A stretch of 64,000 nt of DNA from assembly GCA_951406725.2 (NCBI GenBank), contig OX597838.1, positions 4,154,001 to 4,218,000 of the forward strand. The letters are read 5' to 3'. A model generated the notes under the pieces. That model was not told the DNA's origin and did no database searches. It worked only from the letters and a program-made list of their open reading frames with translations. Below are positions 48,811 through 62,670 of the stretch, in pieces. The stretch is from Octopus vulgaris (taxonomy: Eukaryota). Positions within the stretch are counted from its first letter, which is position 1, and each line of letters begins with the position of its first letter. A program made the translations under genes and the position numbers.

Positions 48811-49772
48811 GATATTGATATATGAGTAAATTATATTTGTATAGGGTGGGGGTTGGGGGAGGGGGCTAAATTAGTTAATTTCTGGTTTCCCTTATTTTTT
48901 TCCCTACCTGTTTGAAACCATTACATTGCAAGCATTGCCCCCCCCATTTTGTATCGTTGCATTATCTTTAGGAGTAAAAATTAATCAACATATTTCTTGT
49001 TGAAGTTTAGTGAGTTTGAAGCAATAGTCAGGTGACAGATTTTTTTTTTTTTTCCAAGAAATATTTTCTCAACTTTTACCCAATTGTAATTAAGGTTGCT
49101 ACAAAAATATTTGGGATAATTTTTGGTGCTTAATAATTAAAATTCTGTTGGATTCCAAGTCAGTTTTTTTGTTAGTTTCTCTCTACACCAATGTCTAATT
49201 TGATAATTTTCAATTTTCAAAATGAGTAACGACTAACTTTAATAACTTCTCCTGTTTAACTGAATGGTGCATAAATATATCGGGAAGAGAACCACCCCAG
49301 CAGACTGTGAAGAAGTTATAGGGAATATTTCACATTGAGATTTTAGATTTAGTCGAGTTCCATTAATTTCTTACCATGTGCCATTTTTCCATGGTCCTCT
49401 GTCATTTGACCTAGATATTTGGAATCTTTGGCACATTTCTGGTCTTTCTGATGTCTAAAGAGTGATATTGACTTGTATGATTTTTTTTTTTTTTTTTTTG
49501 CTTTTTGCAAATGTAATTCTGGAAAACTGGAGAAGCAGATTTACCTTATCGTGTCTTACTCATTCTGCCCCAGCTAAGTTTGTCTGATACATGCAGAAAG
49601 AGAACGGAAATAATTTTCTGAAATAGTGTTTGGATTGTTATAATGTTTTTAATGCATTTAAAGAAGGTCATTTGCTTGGCTGATACAGTTTTCGTAAAGT
49701 AGTGAACATTTATGGAAAAATATATTTTGGCTCAAAGCCCAAAATGCAGTAAATCTTCCTCATTGTACCCCA

Positions 49773-49948
49773 CCTATCTATATGTCTATCTATCTATCCA
49801 TCCATCCATCCATCCATCTATCCATCTATCTATCTATCTATCTATCTATCCATCTATCTATCTATCTATCTACCTATCCATCTATCTATCTATCTGGCTG
49901 TCTATCTATCTATCTGGCTGTCTATCTATCTATCTATCTATCTGGCTG

Positions 49949-49999
<51 letters not shown>

Positions 50000-50170
50000 G
50001 TCTGTCTATCTATCTATCTGGCTGTCTATCTATCTATCTATCTATCTGCCTACCTATCTATCTACCTACCTACCTATCTATCTATCTATCTATCTATTTA
50101 TCTTTCTATTTCTCTATCTATCTATCTATTTATCTCTCTCTCTCTATCTGTCTATCTAACTATCTGTCTA
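49773..50170. repeat. (TATC)n/(CATC)n array
   Basis: Directly visible. Confidence 0.95.
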
Positions 50171-50516
50171 TACGCGCGCGCGTACGTGAGTGTGGAAAAA
50201 AAATTGAGTGTATGTACATTTGTATGAACATGAGTAAATATATATTGCATGCATATGAGCGTGTATATGTGGGTGTGCTTGTATGCAAACCCACAAGCCT
50301 TTAGACAAGGTGGTTTATTTGGTGACGGTCTTCGTTCGAGGTAAATGGGCGGGGTGATACGAAAGTGTTTTGACATATTAGTTACATATTTAGCGTAGTA
50401 GTAGTAGTGGTGGTGGTGGTGGTAGTAAGATCACGATGAATGATAGTCGTCGAGGATGTCTGCGAGACGAGAAGCCCCACCCACCATCGCTCTCCGTTGA
50501 TGCGTGTGTGTTATAG

Positions 50517-50550
<34 letters not shown>

Positions 50551-50640
50551 GTGTGTGTGCATGTATGTATGGGTGGGAGATGAATTTGTAATGTTCATGC
50601 TTGTCTGCTTTTCCTGAGTCACCAAGAGGGAGAGTTTGTA

Positions 50641-51200
50641 GGTGTGTGTGTGTATATATAAATATGTGTGTGTATATATATATATATATAAATATGTGTG
50701 TGTATATATATATATATATAAATATGTGTGTGTATATATATATATATATATAAATGTGTGTGTATATATATATATATATATAAATATGTGTGTGTATATA
50801 TATATATATAAATATGTGTGTGTATATATATATATATAAATATGTGTGTGTATATATATATATATAAATATGTGTGTGTATATATATATATATAAATATG
50901 TGTGTGTATATATATATATATAAATATGTGTGTGTATATATATATATATATAAATGTGTGTGTGTATATATATATATGTATGTATAAAATGTGTGTGTAT
51001 ATATATGTATGTATAAATATGTGTGTGTATATATAAATATGTGTGTGTATATATATATATGTATGTATGTATAAATATGTGTGTGTATATATATATATAT
51101 ATGTATAAATATATGTGTGTGTATATATATATATATATGTATAAATATGTGTGTGTGTATATATATATATATATGTATAAATACGTGTGTGTGTGTGTGT
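50641..51200. repeat. Compound satellite [(TG)n(TA)m AATA]
   Basis: Directly visible, units about 28-32 bp. Confidence 0.95.
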
Positions 51201-51684
51201 TAGGTTAGCTGTAAAAATAAAAGCAACGATAACGAATTCTTTACATTGGCACAATGCCTCGAATCTGTTGGAGGCGGGGTGGATGTGGAATCATTTCTAC
51301 AGATTGCTCGTGAAAGAGTATCATTACGAAGTTGGGGTGGTCATGGAAGTCACGCTTATAGTTGTTGGTGTTGGTATTCAGCCCCAGGTCGCTCATTATC
51401 GGACAGACCCAGCAATTTAAACTCTTCCACCCGTAACCGTCATGCCTTTTTGTTGTTGTTGTGTATTTAAGAGTGTGTTAGCAGCATTTCTTCTTTCCCT
51501 TTCTGTAGACCCCCCCTCCAAAAAAAAAAAAACAAACTAAAAAAGCAGCAGATTACGATAAGGGAGGAGGAATGTTGCTGTTATTTCTAGCAGTCAAAAC
51601 GATCTTGCTGAAGTCCCCTCATTGGCGCGCAAGGCTGATGATGTTAATAACTGGAAGGGTTTATTATAGACGTGTGTGATTGCA

Positions 51685-51711
51685 GATGTTTATGTAATAT
51701 GTGTATGTGTG

Positions 51712-51742
<31 letters not shown>

Positions 51743-52010
51743 ACATATATGTATATGCGTGTGTATGTATATATATATATATATGTGTGTGTACATATAT
51801 GTAGGTACGTGTGTACATGTGTGCGTATGTATGTGTATCTGTGAGTACATGTACATATGTGTGTGTACATGCGTGTGCGTGTACGTGTGTATGTATATAT
51901 ATATGTGTGTGTGTGTGCGCGTATATACATGTGTATGTATATATGTGTGTGTGTGTATACATGTATATATACGTGTGTATGTATGTATATATATGTGTGT
52001 GTGTGTGTAT

Positions 52011-52057
<47 letters not shown>

Positions 52058-52110
52058 TGTATATATATATACGTGTGTATATGTTTATGTATGTATACTG
52101 TATATATAAA
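51685..52110. repeat. Degenerate (TG)/(TA) microsatellite
   Basis: Directly visible. Confidence 0.9.
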
Positions 52111-52699
52111 TTGATGACAAAAATGTGTCGCAACAGTTTGGAATAAGACAAAACCAAAATAATCCACGGTGTTACATAACTGTTGTTGCTAATAGGACTG
52201 ATTGAACAGATGTACCATCAAAAGCATTCCAGCCACGACCATCCTGTACATTCAAGTGTGTCTAAGTCTACATTATCTAACATGTCCTTCTTTTGTGTCT
52301 GATGGTAAAACGAAGGTAAAATTTGGGACAAATTTCGCTGTTGTTTCTAGCGGTTCGAGGAGCACGACGTAGAAGGCTCCCTCGTCGATTCGTAAATAAT
52401 AATAGAAATTAGTTAATAATAACTAATTTGCTGTTGCATACTAATTAAACCTATAGCTTGTATATTTAGTTTCTTTTTCCAATTTGTAGATTTTAATTAA
52501 AATAAAATTTGCTGATGTAAACAAGTACTTTACCAAAGACGATTAGGGAAAAAAATACGGAAATATATAACTCCATACTTAAGAGAATTGCTTCACAATT
52601 TCTCCCTTCCTATACTCATTATTAAAGTGTTATATATAGGCGTAGGGGTGGCTGTGTGGTAAGTAGCTTGCTTACGAACCACATGGTTCCGAGTTCAGT

Positions 52700-52938
52700 C
52701 CTTCTTCCTTTCCTTCTCTTTTCCATTGACACTTCTTTGAGATACAAAGGCTCACACACACTCGCTTTCTCCCTATTCCTCACCCTCTTTTACTATCTTA
52801 TATCTCTCTCCTCCCCTACACACACACAATAATCCTATAAAAAGAGACGAATCTCCTGAAAAAATTCGATCTGAAGACTCCACTGGAGTGGACGCAAGCG
52901 CTAATATATGATTTATAAAAACATGTGACATATTAATA

Positions 52939-52945
<7 letters not shown>
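52700..52945 (+). mobile_element. Probable Penelope-like terminal-repeat remnant with degenerate hammerhead
   Basis: CUGAAGA C UCCAC-UGGA-GUGGA C GCAA GCGC UA at 52871-52903 (GAAA changed to GCAA; AGCGCU palindrome), then AATAAA and (TA)n. It truncates a SINE A head at 52638-52700. Confidence 0.5.
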
Positions 52946-52969
<24 letters not shown>

Positions 52970-53155
52970 CTAGCAGAGATACCTGGCGTTGCCCGGTTAC
53001 ATTCAGTTGAAAAATTAAACTTTTCTGTTATATATATATGGATACACACACACACACACACACATATATGTATGTTAATATAAATACATGAAAGTACATG
53101 AAGTTTGTTAAAAAAAAAAAAAGGGGATCATGTATATACCTCCTGGTCGTTGAGA

Positions 53156-55990
53156 TTATAACACCTCGTTGTAAACAATGTTCCTTGTTTTTTCTTGTAG
53201 AGCATATACAAAAAGGTTTCTTTTGGTTCCTACTCTTGAGCAGCCAACATACAGTTGCCCATGCGAGAAGCAGGGCTCTTCCAAGAGAAGACCAGCTGCA
53301 GAGAGGGTTTGACCCTGAGATTTGTTAATGGACATGGCAAAGCTGACACGAAGGGGGAATTGCAGTCTTCTGAATGTAATTGGAATTTCTGCTCCTGATG
53401 GAGTAAGAGGAATTCTTGGAATAAAGACGTCATCACCTTTTCCACATCCAGAAAGAATGATCGCCTCGATAACGTGTGACATCATTTTCTTTATCACCAG
53501 TCGTGTTCCATTGCAAAGTCTTGGTGGTTCCAGATTGCAGAGTAGCATTACAGGAGTTCCAACTTTAAGTGCTAATATGTGTGGAGGTAGTCCAGGAGGC
53601 TCCAGTGAATTGAGAAATTCAGGAGGATAGTTCACAACTTCATTAATATCTGGAATTGTATCAACAGACTTGTAAGTGTGTATAGTGCCGGGAAGAGAAT
53701 GCATTAGCTGTTGATTAATTTTGTTAACAGCAACGTTCTTTTTAGCTAATATTGCTCTTTCACACAGCCAATTATGATTTTGTTAGTTTTGTGTGAAGTT
53801 GGGAATTAACAACGGAGGAAAATGACCACACTTCCATTTGTCCTGCAGCATCGAGAGGCATCTTGCCTTCACCAAGTGTCAAAATGTCCTGTGCAAACTT
53901 TGTGGACATTTTGTTGCCGTGTAGCTGAGCTCTCATGTTAGTGGTGAGACTGAGGATTGTAACATGATGCCACAGGGTAGAGGACTTTAGGCATGCTTGG
54001 ACTTCATCTGCTCTAGTGCCTTTTGGAATGACAAGAAGAGTTTGCCTGAAATCACCTGACAACAGAAGCGTTACACCTCCCATTGGAGCCTGACAGTCTT
54101 GGATGTCTTTCAGGGCTCTATCTAATGCTTCCAAACCTCCCTTGTGAGCCATAGTGCACTCATCCCAGACAATTAGATGACACATTTTAAGTATTTGTCC
54201 CTGATCTGAGCTTTTGTTGATGTTGCATGAAGGCATTTCGGATGCTGCTAAATTGAGAAGGAGTTTAAAAGTTGAGTGTGCTGTCCTGCCACCGGGTAAC
54301 AAAGTAGCTGCAATGCCAGAGGAGGCTACAGCTACTGCAATGTCCTGATGCTGCCTAACTTCTGCAAGGAGAAGCTTTGTAATAAATGTTTTTTTCTGTC
54401 CCTCCAGGAGCATCGAGGAAGAAGATTCGTTCCTCGCGTTGGCGTACACTGTTAAGAATAGTTCTGTAGGCCTGCAGCTGGTCCGGAAGTAGTTTAGGCT
54501 CATTTTCAACAATGTACTTTGAAAGTGCTTGAGTGTCGTAGGTTGTTTCACGAATGACAGCAGTGGGAAGGCTATTTGACCCTGACCTGAATGCTTATGG
54601 CAGGTCATACGTCAACAATTCATTTCCACCCAGTTTAGCAATTCTGTCTTCAATGTCAATGAGTGTTTTGTTATAGATTTCATTGCTGATACCCTCCATG
54701 TCAGGACAGAGCAGTTGAGCTTGGCGCTGAAAGTCTTCAGCCAGGTTGTCTCTATATTTGAGCCATAGAGTGGCCGGATCACACAGTTCGCATGCCTGTA
54801 GTAATGCTGCAAATAGTGCCCTGAGACTTTTAGGTGATTGTGATAAAGCAGCCTCTCCTAAAGTTGCATCCCATTGTGCACTATCTTCTAACAGACCTTG
54901 TCGATAGCAGGCTTCTCTGTATGTTGTGCAGACATGTCCATGAATGGGTTTTAGGGCCTAGAAAGACGTTGGCCCTCTGACCTCATGCAGTAGTAGACGA
55001 AGGTAGAAGCATTCTTGTTGAGTGGAATGCACTGTGTATACTCACCCAAGGCAAGTGTGAAACTTAATGCCAGGGTATCCATGAACATTTTGACCTGCTT
55101 TCCGTGGGGCACATATTTTTCCATTCCAAGTGTAGTACGATGGAATCTGTGGATACAGCAAGGTTTGAGTGAATGGATCCACTTGACAAAGCTTGAAGAA
55201 TGCAGTGAGTGTGCTATCCCTTGGTTCCTCTGCCAACAGAGAAGCATTAGCATCGGTGAAGTACACTCTTTGACCATTTTCCAGGTGCACTGCAAGCTGT
55301 TGAATGGTGGGGTGTCGTTGGTGAATTGGAAAGCCAAAGATGCGCCAGAAAGCCTCGTTGCTACTTATGTACCGTCCCACCTGATAATGCGTCACCTCAT
55401 CCTGGCAGTATTCTTGTTGAAGTCCAAACATTGCAGCGTCAGAACCCTTGTTTACATATTTACAAACGTACTTGATGGATTTAACGGAGTTGCAAAACTC
55501 AACGTTGATGTGGGCATTGAAAGTCTTTGACAGGAGTGGGCAGTATGGAACAATCCATCTATTATCAATATCATGCTGTCCGATAGTTGCTGTGAAACTT
55601 CCGTCTTCTGGTTTTCTGCATCTGTATGATGGATACCCATCAGCTCCTGTCTGAGTTTCTTGTAGGAACCTCCTTGGAAATCTTTTTGAACATATGCTGT
55701 CCTTCAAGCATGGTGAGTTTATGTTGAATCCATGCCCACATTGACCATGTACCATGTTTGCTTTAACTATTTCGTATAGTTCTTTGTCTAAAGCTGGATC
55801 AGGAAGCTCTGCAGAGATTATGTTGTCGATGTCATTGGAATTGATCTTCACTGAGAGCCAAAGCAGGATATGAGCATGTGGAAGGCCCCTTTTTTGCCAC
55901 TCGATTGTGTACATGTCACATTGTATGGGCCCAAAGACTTGCCCTTTTTGTATGAGCTCCATGAGAGAGATTAACTTCAGATGGAAAACT
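53156..55990 (-). pseudogene. Helitron Rep/PIF1-helicase pseudogene
   Basis: Rep HUH motif YTIEWQKRGLPHAHILLW and the two-tyrosine motif KSIKYVCKYVNKG. Frameshifted Walker A (FFLDAPGGT./KTF at about 54385-54425). ASSGIAATLLPGGRTAHSTFKL, LIVWDECTM, GDFRQTL, FAMSINKSQGQTL and FSHGQLYVGCSRV. Multiple frameshifts and stops. Confidence 0.95.
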
Positions 55991-56080
55991 CAGGCGTTGA
56001 GATTCCAGTTCGAATGTAAAGCAGGTTTGAAAGTGTTCCCAACAGTTATTAGTTGTAGTGGTAGAGTGTTTATGCCGAAT

Positions 56081-56260
56081 ATGTACGTATGCATGTATAT
56101 ATATGTATGTATGCCTGTATATATGTACAAAATCCACTGAGAAGGCTTTTGTTGGTCTGAGGCTTCAACAGAAGACACATGCCAAGTCACCACACAGTGG
56201 GACTGAACCCAGGACCATGTGTTTGGAACGTAGTTTGTTACCACACAGCCACACCTGCCC
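56081..56260 (-). mobile_element. SINE family A inserted into the Helitron
   Basis: AAATCCACT...GAAGACACATGCCAAG...GTGGGACTGAACCCAGGACCATGTG...ACCACACAGCCAC. Confidence 0.7.
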
Positions 56261-58239
56261 TTATGTATGTGTGTGTGTGTATGGGTAGATATATTATGCA
56301 TGTATATATGTGTATATATATGTGTACATATTACATGTACATCTATATATATATATATACATCTACACATAAAATACAAAGTTATATCTTGATATTGCTA
56401 GTGATAACAATACTCAAAATATATAACAGACTGGAATTGTAGGCCCGTCTCTTGCAATTTCGATCAATTGGATCTTGTCCTCCCTCTTGTATAGAAGTGT
56501 ATGGCTGCAGTGAAATTCATTTTTGGACTTTCTTCTATCGAAGGCATTTTAACAAAAATGCTTCCGTAAAGATGGTGAAAATATTGTCAATTTCCCCAAA
56601 CAGGGACACAATTCAATTTTTAAACAATAACCAAAGCCCCTTCTCCGAAAGGGGAGGGTTACAGTTTACAATTATTTAACAAATGCAACACAACAACGTT
56701 TCCCTGACGAGGAACCAACAAACGTGATTACAATAGTCAAACAGTAATAATATTAACAACAAACCTTTTTAATTTATCCCCATTTATGTGAAACCACTTG
56801 TTCAAGTCATTGATGCAATTTTATATGAATTGCTAATACACACACACACATAATAAGGGTGAAAAATTGAATATTTATTTGATTAATATGAATTGAAAAC
56901 CAGTGGTGTAGCATATAAGACCATAGCAGATCTTCTTCTAGCAAAATGGATGACCACTTGTTAATGGTTCATCCCTGTTATATAATACTTTCACTTTAAT
57001 AGTTTCAGTATTAAAGTGAAAGTGTCTGCATTACAAAAGAGAGATGTTTTTGTTTCACTTTTAACACGTAATACTGAAATAGTGGAGAAGATATGATATT
57101 GCTGTGGAGTCGCCCTAGAGAAAAAGTTAAGATTTTATTTGCCGATGACACTCCCCAGACCTTAAGTAAGGCATGTGTAAAATTTGAATGAAATTGGTTG
57201 TGTAGTTCTCAAGTTTTAGGGAAACACACAGACAGACAGACACACATTCTCAGTTTTATATATATAGAGATATACGACAGGCTTCTTTCAGTTTGCGTCT
57301 ACCAAATCCACTCACAAGGCTTTGGTCGGCCCGAGGCTATAGTAGAAGGCACTTGCACAAGGTGCCACGCAGATGGGTTGGAGAGTTTTGAGTGATGATG
57401 ATGGTGATATGGGGAATGGAAAGTAGATGGATCCTGTACTAGGAAGCTGCTTAAAGGAAAGATGGGGAGAAGGTGAGAATAGGTGTTGGGGCATCCTGAT
57501 TGGAAGCTCTGCACAAAGAACAGAAGGCATCAAATTCCGCTGAGGTGGACTTTGCCTTTCATCCTTTTAAGGGTTGATAAATTAAGTATCAGTTACACAC
57601 TGGGGTCAATGTAATCGATTTAATCCCTTTGTCTGTCCTTGTTTGTCCCCTCTACGTTCAGCCCCTTGTGGGCAATAAGGAGATAAGAATCCACTGTCCT
57701 CGGTGACACTAAAGCATAGTACTGTGAGTGTTGGGAAGAGGAAGGAGTGAATGAGAGATGGATGTGGGTGGAGGAAGGCGATACATGGCAAACATGACAA
57801 GGAGCAGTAAAGACAGGGAGCGGAGAATGCAAATGTGTTTCCAACAGAGGAGAATGATGCTGTCATCGATAGACATAATGGCAACGCAATAATTTCTGTG
57901 TGTGTGTGTGTGTGTGTCTGTGTGTGTGTGTGTGTGTCTGTGTGTGTGTGTCTGTGTGTGTGTGATTGGAAATGGGAGAAAGCGAGGGAGAGCCGAGCAC
58001 TGTGTAATCGGAGCAGTGATGGGAAGATGTGCAAGAGAGATAAAGGTATAGATGGAAGGGTCATGGGTGGCTGTGGTATGGGTAATAAAGGGATTGAGTG
58101 ATTGTGATGTGTGGATGGAGGGATAACAGACAGGAAGGTGATTGATTTGGATATTAGAAGGGCGAGAGAGGCCATCGAGACGTGAATGATGTGGACTAGA
58201 CATCAGGCAGACAGGCTAGAAATACGGAATGGAATGTTA

Positions 58240-58284
<45 letters not shown>

Positions 58285-58889
58285 GTGTATGTATAGGTAT
58301 TTATATACATGTGTGCGTGTGGTGATCCTCATTTAACGTCTGCTTTCCATGCTGGCATGGGTTGGACGGTTTGACACGGAGGTGGCAAACCCGAGAGCTC
58401 CCCAGCCTCCAACTGTCTGTTTTGGCTTGGTTTCTGCAGCTGGATGCCCTTCCTAATCCTAGCCACTTAAGTGTGTGCCAGGTGCCTTTTGTGTGCCACT
58501 GGCATGCATGTGCTAACACATGCCAGTGGCACAAGTGCTTTTTAGGTGACACTGGCACCTGAAAGGAGAAGCCGGTATATATGGAAGACAGATATTATCT
58601 CTAAGTTGGTTGGATTCATAACCTCTAACTGTCTTGGAATTATATATATATGTATATATTATATGTGTGTGTGTGAGAATATACATAATCTTAGTGTTTG
58701 CTTTGCTACACCTGAGTGGAAGGTGGGGAGTGTGGGTTAGTGCAGGCCTACGTTAGCTCCTTTGTGAAATGTAAGAGATTAAGATCTCTCTTCACTTCTT
58801 CACCCCAAGTCTTTCTCGGTCTCTGTCTTTCACAGATTCCATAAGCACAGGGCTCCTCTTTATATACACTCAGTCATCTAAATAAAAGT

Positions 58890-59320
58890 CCTCTCTGTTG
58901 CCCACAACATTTAATTCCTCTTCCGTTCAGGTTTCCTTTCAACTCTTTTGTGCTCAAACCACCTGGAATAAACTCCAGGAATTTGAGGGGAAACAAACTG
59001 ATGCCCATGCTTAGCATATAGTCTGGACACGTCTCCCTTGGATCATTACTTGTTCCAACCCACAGCTCACTTCCTGTGCTCTTTGATGCTGCATCAATCA
59101 AGAAAAGGTAGACGCTTCAATGAAGGAGTTCTTCACCTCAAAGGACGAGAACTGCTATCATCATGGGGGTCAAAGAACTGGCAGAAAGGTGGCTTCAGTG
59201 CATCGGTGCAGCATGATGGCCTCCACGTTGAATGCTCAGCTGCTTTTCTTGTAATTTGACGAATGAAGCCAGTAAGTCACCAAAATATTACAAACCTTTT
59301 GACTCAACACAAAACATTCT
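58890..59320 (+). mobile_element. Mariner transposase C-terminal remnant
   Basis: CAQTTWNKLQEFEG...AYSLD...DHYLFQPTAHFL...MKEFFTSKDENCYHHG.KELAERWLQ, with frameshifts. Confidence 0.7.
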
Positions 59321-59739
59321 TGCTTTGTTTCTTTCTAGCCATCACAGATCTGCTTTCAAGGCCCCTGCCCCTCTACCATGTAACATTGCCCTCCATACAC
59401 ATACATCATAGAATCTGCACTTCACTCTTAGGAAGAAGCTCTTTGTTACCAGCAGAGGTTATAAATAACTGCCCTAGCTTTCTTCAACAAGCCCTTACTC
59501 TAACTACTTTCCTCTCTACATAACAGAAACTAATCAGCTACTTCTAGAGAACCACCTGGGCAATGGATAGTCTGTGTCACAAGTGCTCTTACTACTTACA
59601 GCCCCTATGGTCCTGCGAGCTGTGTAGTTTACCTTCTCTGTTACCCTGCATGTGATCCCACTACATCTCTTGTAAATTCACAGTTCACACTAGGCACATC
59701 ATCACCAATTAGCATCCATATTCCATGCAGCATATAGTC

Positions 59740-59885
59740 CATGCAGGTCTGGACTATATGCTGGGTGTGGAATCACTTCAATTCCCTCAAGGTCCCGGAG
59801 TTTACTCCTGGTTGTCTGAGCACAAAAGAGTTGAAAGGAAAACTGAACATAAGAGGAATTAAAGGGTTGTGGCCAACAGATATGA
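59740..59885 (-). mobile_element. Second mariner fragment, inverted relative to 58890-59030
   Basis: CAQTTRSKLRDLEGIEVIPHPAYSPDL motif. Confidence 0.75.
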
Positions 59886-60157
59886 CTGTGTTTGGATGGC
59901 CAAGTGATGTTTATATAAAGACGTGTCCTGCACTTGAGGTAAAAATGGTCTGACAGGATCTGACAGATCACAGGGCTGTATTGAGCTCCAAAATCTGTTT
60001 TCCTGTGCTTTCTATTGCTGGATGCCCTTCCTAATGCCAATCACTTTACAGAATATACTGGATGGCTTTTACATGGCACCAGCACTGGTGAAGTCACTAA
60101 ATAGCTCACAAGACAACATCCCTTGAGGATGGATGGATGGGCAGTGAGAAGCTTGCT

Positions 60158-60297
60158 TTTGTAAGCCTGGTACTTATTCTATCAGTCTCTTCTGCTGAAC
60201 TGTTAAGTTACCAGGACATAAACACACCAACATCAGTTGTCAAGCGACCCCGGGGGTGGAGGGTGGACAAACACAGACACAAAGACACACATAAAAT

Positions 60298-60354
<57 letters not shown>

Positions 60355-60516
60355 TACATATGACAGGCTTCTTTCAGTTTCCGTCTACCATATCCACTCA
60401 CAAGGCGTTGGTAAGCCTGACGCTACAGTAGAAGACTTGCCCAAGGTGCCATGCAGTGGGACTGAACCCAGAACCACAAGGTTGGGAAGCGAGCTTCTTA
60501 CCACATAGGCCACACA
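60158..60516 (-). mobile_element. SINE family A copy
   Basis: Reverse complement of family A. Confidence 0.78.
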
Positions 60517-61882
60517 TGTACCTTACAGTCATGTCTACCATTAATGTAATTTACAGGTAGAAACAGCATGTGTGTGTGTGGGGGGGGTTCTTTTAAATTC
60601 CAGTTACAATTCACCTGTGGTGGGTCTCTCGCCACTGTTTTCTTCTTCTTCCTTCCAATCTCAAGGTGTGGGTTGGCCCAGGGTTAGAGAAAATGCAGAA
60701 TTGAACCCAGGGGTCTTGTGGTCGTGAAACAACTTTTCTTAACCACTCAGCTGTAACTGTGCCTATTGAAGGTGAAGTGAGAAATATATAGACACGTTCC
60801 TCTGTGTGTATATGAATATTCATCATAATGTATATATAATATACGTGTGTGTGTGTGTATGAATTTTAGGTTTGTATATGAATATGTCTCTCTTTCTCTC
60901 ATATATATATATATATATACATACATACACACATTCATACATATATACATATATACGCATTTATACACACACACACACATTTATACATATATACGCATTT
61001 ATACACACACACACACTCACACACGTTCTTTTGGGATTTATTTACAAGTTAATCAAATATGTTATCTCCACGAAATGGTTTCCATGAAGTCACACGAAAG
61101 ATAATAAAATTCCTGGCATCTTCTTCTTCTTCTTCCTCTTTCTTAAATTCCCCCTCTCCTCCTTCGCCCCCCTCCCCCCGTCATGCTCTCACCCCCCCCC
61201 CCCAACCTTTCCACTTGTTTCAACAGTCGCTAAACACACCCTCCGCATCTCCAGCACTCCGTACCACCCTAACCCCTTATCTCCTTGCACTCTCTCCTCC
61301 TCCTCCTCTTCGCCACCGTCCGTCTCTTCCAGATACCCTGCCTACCTTACCAACCAAGTACATTGTGGGGTGGGTTTTCATGATGAGCCTTGGCGGTAGG
61401 TGTCGAAACGTGGGGCGGTGAAGAGGGAGAAAGAAAAACCCCAAAAGCCCTCCACCTCTTAGACAGACACAGGTGCGTCTTTTTTGCAACAACAGTTTGT
61501 TTTAGGCATATCCTTCCTTCCTTCTGCTGCTGTAGTTTGGCGGTTCCAGCGGTTCCAAGCCTTTCATTTCTCTATTTTCATTCCCCCACCTCACTCACCC
61601 CGTTTTTTCCCCCCTTCTTTTGAGCGACCTAGTTCTTGTAATTATATTTCTGGGAGCCCAGCCTATGGTGTTAGTTTGAACCTGTTTTCAACAAGTTCGT
61701 GCAAGGTCGCCTATAGATAATACAATATAATATAAATATATATTTAAACGTAGAACATTTGACTGCATATTCAACAGCTAACTTTACATGTATGTATATT
61801 CACTCCAGCAGATAATAGCGTGTAACTCATTTTGTTCCAGCTTAAACGAACGAGTTGCTCGCACAAAAACCACGCGCAGCCT

Positions 61883-61914
<32 letters not shown>

Positions 61915-62238
61915 TATTCCATCATTATTGTATAGATATGTTTGTATATTTAAAGATTTTGCTATTTTCTCTCTAAACGTTGTTGAGATTAAGAGACCGT
62001 TTTCTGTTGGTGTTCCCTCCATTACTGGGGGTGAAGGGTGGAAGGGGAAACCTGACAGTTCGCGCTTGGCTTTCTTCTTCTACCCTTCCCTGTAATTTCC
62101 ATCTCCTTCTAGCTACCCCTCTCCCCCGCCTCAAGCGTCTCTCTCTCTCTCTCTCTCTCTCTGCTATAGCTTTTCACTTTTCTTCTCTTGTATACCTTTT
62201 CTTTCCCCCCTCTCTACGTTTCTCCTTCTCAGACGTTT

Positions 62239-62269
<31 letters not shown>

Positions 62270-62389
62270 TTTATCCTTGTTTTTCTCTCTCTATAATTAA
62301 CTCCTTTTCTTTTTCTCGTTCTCTCTTCCCCTTTGCCAAGTTTTTTTTTCCTTCTCGCTAACTTTTTCCTCGTCTTCATTATAATCTTT

Positions 62390-62509
62390 CTTTCTCTCTC
62401 TCTTTCACACATACACACACACTCTCTCTCTCTCTCTTTCACACACACACTCTCTCTCTTTCACACACACACACACACACACTCTCTCTCTCTTTCACAC
62501 ACACACACA

Positions 62510-62544
<35 letters not shown>

Positions 62545-62550
62545 TCTCTC

Positions 62551-62631
<81 letters not shown>

Positions 62632-62670
62632 CTCTTTCACACACACACACACACACACTCTCTCTCTCTT
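62390..62670. repeat. Compound satellite [(CA)n(CT)m TT]
   Basis: Directly visible. Confidence 0.95.

Larger units (their letters stand above)
52970..57270 (-). mobile_element. Helitron (rolling-circle transposon), both termini present, coding region decayed
   Basis: 5' end A|TCTCTATATATATAAAACTGAGAATGTGTGTCTGTCTG at 57270. 3' end hairpin CCGGGC-AAC-GCCAGG then CTAG|T at 52973-52970. A/T insertion site with no TSD. RepHel remnants inside. Confidence 0.9.

Noticed and set aside
56703-56730. CTGACGAGG hammerhead-like start inside the Helitron
   Set aside because: No GAAA or stem III follows.
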